DNA from: an uncultured Deinococcales bacterium
GTDB lineage: Bacteria > Deinococcota > Deinococci > Deinococcales > JAAFIG01
DNA length: 22,499 nt
Reading direction: 5' to 3'
Assembly: GCA_964247135.1 (NCBI GenBank)
Contig: CAXTTL010000057.1
Location: 1 to 22,499 of the forward strand
Each line of letters begins with the position of its first letter. The first letter of the stretch is position 1. The translations under genes were made by a program, and so were the position numbers. The notes under the pieces were generated by a model that did no database searches, was not told where the DNA came from, and worked only from the letters and a program-made list of their open reading frames with translations. Below, in pieces: positions 7,752-15,332 of this stretch.

Positions 7752-9887
7752 TTAGAACTCGACTGAAATTCCAATCGTGAATGGTTTGAACGAAACCCAA
7801 CCTGAAATCTTGATCTTGAAGCTCGAACCTGTTCCTTCATCGACCAGGTTGAATACATTCTCACCGTCAGTCACAGTGGTCAACGATATACCTTTGGGCA
7901 ATTTCACTTGGCTCTTAACGATTTCTTTGAGGTTCTGAAAGTCCGATACTGGGTTTGCGCTCGCCTCGAGAATTCTAACAAGTTGTGACTTGACATCGTT
8001 CAGGGCGGTTCGGGCTGTCAGTGCAGGTGAATCACCCATGCCCCAACTGCAATGCCAGCGTCCATTGGAATAGTGGCATTCGATCCAGAAGCTCAACGCT
8101 TCGCCGGTGCTCGAGTCGGAAACATTGAACAGATTATCCAGACCATCAACTGGGCTTAAGGTTACTCCCGAAACCAAACGCACTTGGGTTTTGAGGGTGT
8201 CTTTCAAACCAACCGTTGCCTTTTGTGTCGCCTCATCGATGGTGGCGCTCGAGTCGAGATACGCCTCGAGTTGAGTGTTTGCATCCTCGAGCGAAGTTGC
8301 CAAATGATCCGAAATGGCTTTGTTCTTGACGCTGTTGATGATGCAAGACTTGTTGTTGACGGGCTGGGTGTCGCCTGCCACGTTCACCAGGGCACAATTT
8401 TCAACTTTGCCCAGCAATTTCGGGGAAACGGTCACACCAACGGCGATGTTGTCCGTAAAACCGTTCGGGATGGCGAACGAACCCGTGTAAGAGCAACTGA
8501 GGATGCTTGGGGTGCTGGCGGCGCAATTCCAGTTGGCAGGGGTGGGAATGCTCGCCAAGGTCAAACCGACTGGCAACATGTCGGTCACGGTCACAGGACC
8601 CGAATTGATTGCCCCGCCCAAGTTGGCAACAGTCAAACCATAGGTTGTCGTGCCGCCTGCTGGCAGGGTGGTTGCACCGAGCAACTGCTTTTTGATGGCG
8701 AGATCAATTGGTTTAGGTAAAACGTCTGCGGTGTTGCAAGCCTCGTTGTTGGCTGGCGTGAAATCGTTTAACGCACTGACCGAAGCACAATTCTTGATTG
8801 CACCTTGCTGGGCAGTCACATTGACGGGAATCACGATTTGCTCTGACCCGCCGCTCGAGATGGCGGTGTTGCTGACACACGTGATCGTTGAACCCGCAAC
8901 GCTGCAATTCCAGTTGCCTTGGGTTGTGGCGAAGCTCGAGTCGAGCGTCAAACCTGCTGGCAGAACATCCGTGACCGTGATGGGTGTGCTGCTCGAGCCT
9001 GGACCCGCGTTGTTAACGGTTAAAACGTACTGCTCGAGTCCTCCAGCGTTTAATGGTGCGGCTTTCAGGTCTTTTTTGATGCTGATGTCGGCTTTTTCAG
9101 GTTGTTTGGGCAGAATGCAGACGTTATCGTAACGTCCCCAGGAAACGGTTCTGGGTTCGGCTTGCGCGGTAGGCACAGTGTTGCTCGAGGCGATGGTGAT
9201 GGTATCTGCTCCACCAGGAACAGTGATTGAGTATGGACCAAATTTCTTCCAAGTGGTTTGGTATGGCGTGATGGATGTGGAAACCGCATCATCAATGATA
9301 TTCGAGCCAGCGCCGAGCCAAGGGTTGGCGACAACACCTGTGGTTGCCAACAAGCGAAAACGCAATGGGGTGACGCTGGCGGTTTCGTTAAATTGCACCG
9401 CTGAAATGTACACGTCGTAACTGCCAGCCACGAACGGCACACCCACTTGACGAATCGCTTCGCCACCGTCTTTGTAACCCCACATTTGCGCGTAGACAGG
9501 ATTGCCGTCTCCCATCACCCAACCGCTGCTTTGCGGTGTGCCATTGGCTTGCTGCCAATTGGCAATGGTGGCTGGCGGCATGTTGCTCGAGCCAACGACG
9601 CCGAGCATGAATTTCGGGTTTTTGACAATGTTGGCGCTGGTGTTACAAGCTTTTGGAAATTCTTGTGGAAACACCCATTTTTGCAATACCGCATCGCTGG
9701 GTTGCAGTTCGGCAACATCACCAACCGGGTTCATGCCAGGAATTTTAAGGCTCGAGCCGTCAGGGGCAACGATGGTATCGCCGTTGTCCAAGACCACAGG
9801 TTCTGGAATTTGATTGCACGCTACGAAGCTCGAGACCACCAATGCGCCGAAGAATAATTTGAGCAAACCATTTCTTGCGTTTTTCAT
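7752..9887 (-). CDS. Large lipoprotein with two DUF11-like Ig domains and a duplicated C-terminal domain of unknown function
   Basis: Signal peptide and lipobox MKNARNGLLKLFFGALVVSSFVA-C after RBS GGAGG; an alternative in-frame ATG lies at 9947. Two DUF11-like repeats (ADISIKK..YVLTVNNAGP..ITVTDVLPAGLTL..TPANN and DLAIKK..YGLTVANLG..VTVTDMLPVGLTL..QPVNN) at about 8335-9095. Confidence 0.8.
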   Translation of the reverse strand: MKNARNGLLKLFFGALVVSSFVACNQIPEPVVLDNGDTIVAPDGSSLKIPGMNPVGDVAELQPSDAVLQKWVFPQEFPKACNTSANIVKNPKFMLGVVGSSNMPPATIANWQQANGTPQSSGWVMGDGNPVYAQMWGYKDGGEAIRQVGVPFVAGSYDVYISAVQFNETASVTPLRFRLLATTGVVANPWLGAGSNIIDDAVSTSITPYQTTWKKFGPYSITVPGGADTITIASSNTVPTAQAEPRTVSWGRYDNVCILPKQPEKADISIKKDLKAAPLNAGGLEQYVLTVNNAGPGSSSTPITVTDVLPAGLTLDSSFATTQGNWNCSVAGSTITCVSNTAISSGGSEQIVIPVNVTAQQGAIKNCASVSALNDFTPANNEACNTADVLPKPIDLAIKKQLLGATTLPAGGTTTYGLTVANLGGAINSGPVTVTDMLPVGLTLASIPTPANWNCAASTPSILSCSYTGSFAIPNGFTDNIAVGVTVSPKLLGKVENCALVNVAGDTQPVNNKSCIINSVKNKAISDHLATSLEDANTQLEAYLDSSATIDEATQKATVGLKDTLKTQVRLVSGVTLSPVDGLDNLFNVSDSSTGEALSFWIECHYSNGRWHCSWGMGDSPALTARTALNDVKSQLVRILEASANPVSDFQNLKEIVKSQVKLPKGISLTTVTDGENVFNLVDEGTGSSFKIKISGWVSFKPFTIGISVEF

Positions 9888-9989
9888 GATTCCTGCCTCC
9901 TGGCTCGAGATTGCGAGTGCCGTTGGTCGGTTTGTAAACTTGTTCATTTTTTTCCTGCTTTCTGCGGCGTGCCGCGTTTGATGACCAGA

Positions 9990-10027
9990 GAATACGAAGC
10001 CAGCCCTTAATAAGGTCATAAGGGCTT
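9990..10027 (-). promoter_or_regulatory. Candidate regulated promoter of the DUF11 lipoprotein gene (shared motif plus -10)
   Basis: Minus strand AAGCCCTTATGA-CCTT-ATTAAG (10027-10006), then TATTCT (9995-9990) 10 nt further on. Matches 11776-11797 at 18/22 positions. Confidence 0.6.
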
Positions 10028-10045
10028 TAAGCTCCAGCAGCACAA

Positions 10046-10078
10046 GAAAAACCTCCCAACCTTAAAGGGTCGGGAGGT
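10046..10078 (-). terminator. Rho-independent terminator after the S8 peptidase gene
   Basis: Minus strand ACCTCCCGACC-CTTTAA-GGTTGGGAGGT (one G-U pair) followed by TTTTCTT. Confidence 0.8.
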
Positions 10079-10104
10079 CAGAATTGTTGGGGTAACTCGA
10101 GGTT

Positions 10105-11712
10105 TTAAGGGGTTAAAGCCGCTTTGACGTTCAACTTTCCAGCCCCGCATTTGGTGGTCGCACAACCAGCAACGGGTGTGACGCTCGAGATCAATTTGGC
10201 TTTCACGGCGTCAACACCCAGGGCGGGGGTTTGAGCGCGAAGCATGAGTGCCGTGGCAGCCACTTGCGGCGCACTGAACGACGTGCCAGGTTTTTGAAAA
10301 AACGTCATCCCATCGGCTTTTGCCAGATCAAGACCTTCCCCAGGAGCGCTTAAACTGACCCACGCGCCCTCGCTCGAGAAATCGGATGGAAGGGCTTGCG
10401 CCGCCGTGGTTTTCAGGCTGCCCACCGCCATCAAACCAGGGATTGCCGCATGTTGCCCTGGCAAATTCACGCTGTAAAACGCTGGATAGTTCGCAGGTTT
10501 GCTCGGGTTTAAACCCTCATTTCCTGCCGAGGTGACAATGCTGATGCCTTGACTGGCAGCCTCCTGCAAGGCGCTGTACAAGATGCTCGAGGCTTGGGTG
10601 CTGTTGGCGCTGATGTTGATGACTTTCACCGGTCGGGCGGTCTGGGCAAGGCTTAGGGCATAACACACGCCCAAGGTTTGACTCGAGCTACGACACACAT
10701 TCGCGGTGGCGCTGCGTTCGCAAACTTTGACAGGAACAATCAAACCGTCAGCACTCTCGAGACCTGCTGGGAATTGACTGGTGATGGTGTTTGCCAGCAC
10801 ACCCGCAACCGCCGTGCCATGACCTGTTAACGCTCCATCAATCACGGCAAGGTCGCTGACATCGCTTGAAAGCGGCGCGGGATTGTTCGGGTTGTCCTCG
10901 AGCGTGAAATTACGGGCGGCACTGTAGTCGATCATGTTTTTGTTGTTGGGCAAAGCAAAAACCTGGTGCGGGTTGATGCCCGAATCCAGCATGGCGATGC
11001 GCACCGTGCTTAAATCTGCGGGAAGTGCTCGAGGTTGGGTTTTGGTGCTGCTCGAGAGGTTTGGGGTTGATTTGCCTTCAAATGCTGGTGAGGTTGCGAT
11101 TAAGATTGGTCCTAACTTCGCAACACTATTTCCTCCAGACCCCTCAAGTTCTTTACTCAATTGTATGAGTGCTGAAGCTGTTGGTCTTGGTGGTTTACTT
11201 TTATCGATCAAGCTCATCGTGGTTTGAACACAAACACTCGAGCCAGTTGTTAGAAAAGGTTCATTAATACTGCCGCTCAAGGCAAACCCCGCACGATCAA
11301 TCGCCGCTAAGATTTCTGTTCGATTGGCATCTGGTTTGAAGGCTAAAAACGCTTCACCAGCAACTGTTCCAGGAGCAATACCATCGCTTCCAGGCGTCTC
11401 GAATACGGTAAGGGCAGCGTCTCGACTAAGGCTCGAGCCATCCTTATTTTCAAGCGTCACAAGATACTCTCCCGCTTTAATGGCAGCACCAAGTTGTACT
11501 GTCACAGCATCTGAGGTGCTCGAGATTATCGTGGTCGGATTTAACCCAATGGTCAGACTTTTGGCATCCAAGTTTTTACCATGAATCGTCACTTCGGTTG
11601 TGCCTGCAATCGCAACAGATAAGGCACTGATTCGGGGCGTTGCGGTAACGGGTGGAATACATCCAACAGCCAGTGTCAGGGCAATCAAAGCAGCATAATA
11701 ATTTCGGGGCAT
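10105..11712 (-). CDS. S8 (subtilisin-like) serine peptidase lipoprotein with N-terminal IPT/TIG-like domain
   Basis: Lipobox MPRNYYAALIALTLAVG-C after RBS AAGGA (start moved to ATG 11712). IPT-like PRISALS..GTTEVTIHGKNL. Catalytic triad MLDSGI / HGTAVAG / GTSFSAP and oxyanion SAGN. Confidence 0.9.
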   Translation of the reverse strand: MPRNYYAALIALTLAVGCIPPVTATPRISALSVAIAGTTEVTIHGKNLDAKSLTIGLNPTTIISSTSDAVTVQLGAAIKAGEYLVTLENKDGSSLSRDAALTVFETPGSDGIAPGTVAGEAFLAFKPDANRTEILAAIDRAGFALSGSINEPFLTTGSSVCVQTTMSLIDKSKPPRPTASALIQLSKELEGSGGNSVAKLGPILIATSPAFEGKSTPNLSSSTKTQPRALPADLSTVRIAMLDSGINPHQVFALPNNKNMIDYSAARNFTLEDNPNNPAPLSSDVSDLAVIDGALTGHGTAVAGVLANTITSQFPAGLESADGLIVPVKVCERSATANVCRSSSQTLGVCYALSLAQTARPVKVINISANSTQASSILYSALQEAASQGISIVTSAGNEGLNPSKPANYPAFYSVNLPGQHAAIPGLMAVGSLKTTAAQALPSDFSSEGAWVSLSAPGEGLDLAKADGMTFFQKPGTSFSAPQVAATALMLRAQTPALGVDAVKAKLISSVTPVAGCATTKCGAGKLNVKAALTP

Positions 11713-11759
11713 AAGTGTTCCTTTCAAAGACAGAGCGCGGTTTTGCGTTCGTGCCATCA

Positions 11760-11797
11760 ATATGTCACTTGGGGTCTTAATGGCATCATAAGGGCTT
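11760..11797 (-). promoter_or_regulatory. Candidate regulated promoter of the S8 peptidase gene, overlapping the regulator's last codons
   Basis: Minus strand AAGCCCTTATGA-TGCC-ATTAAG (11797-11776), followed by TGA-CATATT, an extended -10-like box at the same position relative to the motif as upstream of the DUF11 gene. Confidence 0.55.
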
Positions 11798-14776
11798 GGC
11801 TACAAGCTGTCCCTCGAGTTGTATTAAAACATTTTGACTATCTTCTTGAAGGTCTATCCAGTTGTTAACTTTAGCTTGCTCGAGAGCTTGGTTTGCTTGA
11901 CTTATCGCCATATTGACATCACCAAGGTTGAGCAAAACCTTTGCATTTAAAACAAGCGCCGCTGTAACAATTCGACTTTCATTCTGATCGTGGATAAATG
12001 GGCGCAAACGTATTCTCGAAGCCTCAAAAAAACCAAGTTGGTATTCAACGAATGCAAGGTTAAATACAACGATTTCAAGCGGTTTGCGTCCTTCTCTCTC
12101 AAGCACCTCAATGCTATCTTGAAAGTAGATCATGGCTTGATCTAACTGCTCGTTAGCAAAATACATTGTGCCAATGTTTGCAAGAACGATTGCTTCATCC
12201 ATGATGTTGCCCAATCGCCGTTGCAGTTCGAGGGCACGTTGCAGCATTAGTATTGATTCGTTGAGCAGGTCTTGGGCGTGGTAGTGAATACTCAAATTGT
12301 TCAATGCCCTTGCCGCACCAAGCACGTCACCCAAACGTTCTCGAATCTCGAGGCATTCGAGCAAGTACGTTTCAGCTTGCGGATCGTTTAATGCCACGCC
12401 TGCCAAACCAAGCGCGTTCAATGCGCTGGCTTGTCGCGTTTGGTCTTGTAATGTTCGGGCAATCTCTAAGGCTCGCGTGGCGAGTTCAAGCGCTTCGGAA
12501 TTTCGGGCTTCAACCTGGGCAATCATGGCGCACAAGGTCAGTGCATCTGCCCGCACCTCGAGCACGGCAACGCCTTTGAGGTTTTCCAAAAGTTTTAGGG
12601 CGTGTTCGGCATTTTCTTTTGCCAGATCGGCACGACGCAATTCTTTGTTTTGCAAGCCTGCCCGGGTCACCAAAGCCCGTGCTTGCAACACCACGTCATC
12701 CAGCAACTCGAGGTGTTGGTCGGCGCGGTCTAGGGCTTTTATGGCTTCAAGGTGCTTGCCGTGAATGGCGAGGGCGTTGGCACGCTCGAGCAGGGTTCGG
12801 ACGCGCAAATCGTTTTGGTTTGCATACTCGAAAGCCCGATCAAACCAGGTCAAGCCCTGGTTTAAATCGCCTCGGATGGCGCTTTGCGCCGCGAACGCCA
12901 GCATGGCATTCACGGCTGGAATGCGGTCTTCTTCATCCCAAATGTTGTTCGATGCCCAGTAATGCCGTGCGGCAAAAACGGGTTCTCGGATTTCTCGAGC
13001 CGCCCGAAGTTGCAACAGCATTTGACGGCTGCCGGATAAGGTCATTTCCACGGTTTCTCGCACCAAATCGTGAATAAACCCAAGCGAATCAGTTGTCACC
13101 CGCAGCAGGTTCGCTCGCTCGAGGTTGCCGATGGCACTGCTGAACTCCTCGAGGGAGCGTCCAGAAACGCGTTGCACCAGTTTGGGAGCGCTGGGGTTGC
13201 CCGTGATGGTCAGTGTTTCGAGGGTTTGACGGGCGGTTTCATCAAGTTGCTCGAGCCGAATGTTCACCAGGTCATGCACCCGTGTCGAACCCGAGGCGTC
13301 TTGTGAGCGCAGCAACTCGAGCGCGTAAAACGGGTTGCCGCCAGAGGAGGCTTGCAAGCGTTCGGCGTCAACGTCGCTGCGCTCAAACGCCAGGGCGAGT
13401 GCCGCCAGGTCTTCAAGCTCGAGCGGCGAAAGGTGATGGTGAATGCCCAAATCGATTCTGGCAATGCGCTCGAGCAGGGTCTTCACGCCTTCCGGCATGA
13501 TTTCCGTCGAGCGCAGTGTACCCAGAATGACCAGACCATTTTCGGGCGGGTTTGCGGTCAGGGTGTGCAAAAACTCGAGCGAGACCGCATCTGCCCATTG
13601 CAAATCGTCCACAATCAAAACGCCCGAGAAACCCAACAAGGCTCGAGCGCCGTTGAACACGGCGCGGCGCTCGAGTTCTGGTGGCAGCGCGGGGGGCAGG
13701 TTCACGAACACATCGGGCGCGAGTCGAGCCAGGGCATCATGCCAATCTGAAGGCAGTGACTCGAGGTGGCTGGCATTGTTGCGCACCAAGGTTTCGAGCA
13801 GGGTGAACGGCAAACTCGAGGGTGCAAAAATCACGTGACTGGTCACGGCGTCCAAGGCGGCACTGACCTCGAGTGCCAACCGCGATTTTCCCGCGCCAGG
13901 TTCGCCCGAAATGACCGCCACCCGCAAGGTTTGGGCTTGAATGGGCAGGGCTGAACGCAGAAGCTCGAGGTCGCGGGTGCGTCCGACAAAAATTTCGCTT
14001 GGGCTTGTACGCAAGTCCACAACTTCGGTTGCGCCAAGCAATTCTGCCTCGAGGGCTTGCGAACAAGCTCGGGTCTCCCCTGTTCGCACCAATTCAAAAG
14101 CCGTGCGGGTTCGGGCGGTGATTTCAACGCCCAGTTCTTCCTCGAGTTGCGAACTCAATTTGGTGAACACCAACGCCGCCCGATCCAACTTACCCAGTGC
14201 GCCCAAAGCCAGCAGGAAGCGCCTGGTGGCATCCTCGAGCGGTTCGGAGTCTTGAGAGGTCGCAGCCACCTCGAGAAAACCCGCACAGGCGCTCAGGTCG
14301 CGTTTGACTTCGAGCGCTGCAAGTTTTGCCGCGAATTCACGGCGCTCGAGGTTGAGGGTTTCGCGGGTGGCGAACAACCAATCCTCAAACTCTGCGCCCA
14401 AACCCATCTCCCAGTCTTGCAGTCGCAAACCCGTTAAAAACCCGCCGCGCCACAACGCCCAAACTTCCGCATCAACTCGAGCCGCACCCTCGCGCCACTC
14501 GAGCACATCGCAAGAAACGTTTTTCCCAAGCGCCAAAGAATCGGCATCCACCTCGAGCGCGTTTTTTCCAAGGGCTTTGACCACCAAATTTCGCGCCACC
14601 GAAATGTTATTTAAGGCATTCGGCGCGTCCGCCCACAAAATATTCCCCAACACCCGCCGCGAAGTTCGACCTTTGATCGCCAAGAATGCCAGCATTGAAA
14701 TGTGCTTCACGCCAAGCTTCACCGCCCGACCGGAAACGGTCAGGTTGGGCGTGCCGAGCAGTTCGAGACGGAGCAT
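11786..14776 (-). CDS. SARP/BTAD-type transcriptional regulator with STAND AAA ATPase and C-terminal TPR repeats
   Basis: N-terminal LRLELLGTP..MLAFLAIKG..RRVLGNILW winged helix. BTAD-like LWRGGFLTGL..EFEDWL..LEEELGVE. FVGR..Walker A GEPGAGKS, Walker B LIVDDLQWAD, GGNPFY. C-terminal TPRs (ALNALG, ALNNLS, LANIG). Confidence 0.9.
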   Translation of the reverse strand: MLRLELLGTPNLTVSGRAVKLGVKHISMLAFLAIKGRTSRRVLGNILWADAPNALNNISVARNLVVKALGKNALEVDADSLALGKNVSCDVLEWREGAARVDAEVWALWRGGFLTGLRLQDWEMGLGAEFEDWLFATRETLNLERREFAAKLAALEVKRDLSACAGFLEVAATSQDSEPLEDATRRFLLALGALGKLDRAALVFTKLSSQLEEELGVEITARTRTAFELVRTGETRACSQALEAELLGATEVVDLRTSPSEIFVGRTRDLELLRSALPIQAQTLRVAVISGEPGAGKSRLALEVSAALDAVTSHVIFAPSSLPFTLLETLVRNNASHLESLPSDWHDALARLAPDVFVNLPPALPPELERRAVFNGARALLGFSGVLIVDDLQWADAVSLEFLHTLTANPPENGLVILGTLRSTEIMPEGVKTLLERIARIDLGIHHHLSPLELEDLAALALAFERSDVDAERLQASSGGNPFYALELLRSQDASGSTRVHDLVNIRLEQLDETARQTLETLTITGNPSAPKLVQRVSGRSLEEFSSAIGNLERANLLRVTTDSLGFIHDLVRETVEMTLSGSRQMLLQLRAAREIREPVFAARHYWASNNIWDEEDRIPAVNAMLAFAAQSAIRGDLNQGLTWFDRAFEYANQNDLRVRTLLERANALAIHGKHLEAIKALDRADQHLELLDDVVLQARALVTRAGLQNKELRRADLAKENAEHALKLLENLKGVAVLEVRADALTLCAMIAQVEARNSEALELATRALEIARTLQDQTRQASALNALGLAGVALNDPQAETYLLECLEIRERLGDVLGAARALNNLSIHYHAQDLLNESILMLQRALELQRRLGNIMDEAIVLANIGTMYFANEQLDQAMIYFQDSIEVLEREGRKPLEIVVFNLAFVEYQLGFFEASRIRLRPFIHDQNESRIVTAALVLNAKVLLNLGDVNMAISQANQALEQAKVNNWIDLQEDSQNVLIQLEGQLVAKPL

Positions 14777-14797
14777 TACAAATCAGTTTACTGGAAA

Positions 14798-14825
14798 GTA
14801 GGGGCGAGGCGTGCCTCGCCCCCAC
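14798..14825 (+). repeat. Single GTAG-type REP-like palindrome between recX and the regulator
   Basis: GTAGGGGCGAGGCGTGCCTCGCCCCCAC: GTAG start with a GGGGCGAGGC/GCCTCGCCCC inverted repeat. May also terminate recX transcription. Confidence 0.7.
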
Positions 14826-14831
14826 GCAAGA

Positions 14832-15332
14832 TCAATCTTCAATCTCAACTTCCTCGAGTTGCAAATTCTTGCGCCAATCTTCGAGCGCGGTGCGTATCAC
14901 CCCGCTCGAGAATCCACGGCGCATCATAAAACCGTAGGCTTTCTCAAAAGCTCGAGCGCCAGTCCATTTGTAAGATTGCTTTTCCACCAGCGCTTTTGCA
15001 TTCTCGAGTTCATCGGTGTTGGAACGTTCCATCAGGGCATCTTCGACGATATGACGGTTGACCCCTCGAGAGGCAAGTTTTTGGCTTATTGCGAATTTGC
15101 CTTTGGTCGTGTCCCTGACGGCAGATTCGGCGATGGCTTGGTCGGACAAGAATTTGAGTTCAATCAATTTCTCGAGGGTCTGATTGGCAACCTCTTCGCT
15201 CGCGCCGCGTTGACGCAACTTGCGGTTCAGTTCGTGTTTGGTCAAGGCTCGAGCCGCCAGCGCCCGAATCGCGTAAGCCAGCGCGTCTGAGGCTTTGAGC
15301 GAACCTGGTTGTGGTCTTGGCTTCCAGTTCAT
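14832..15332 (-). CDS. recX: RecX family regulatory protein
   Basis: DALAYAIRALAARALTKHELNRKLRQRG..LEKLIELKFLSDQAIAE..KGKFAISQKLASRGV..KAYGFMMRRGFS fits the RecX three-helix repeats. Start moved to ATG 15332 (ATGA overlap with the amidase stop), 166 aa. Confidence 0.9.
   Translation of the reverse strand: MNWKPRPQPGSLKASDALAYAIRALAARALTKHELNRKLRQRGASEEVANQTLEKLIELKFLSDQAIAESAVRDTTKGKFAISQKLASRGVNRHIVEDALMERSNTDELENAKALVEKQSYKWTGARAFEKAYGFMMRRGFSSGVIRTALEDWRKNLQLEEVEIED

Noticed and set aside
7670-7864. 65-aa N-terminal extension of the YcaQ-like ORF
   Set aside because: It overlaps the upstream gene's 3' end and its terminator. A -10 box precedes ATG 7669.
11786-14776. STAND-TPR protein as an Avs-type antiphage system
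   Set aside because: Its N-terminus is a winged-helix/BTAD transcription module rather than a nuclease, TIR or Sir2 effector, and the neighbouring protease is an exported lipoprotein.
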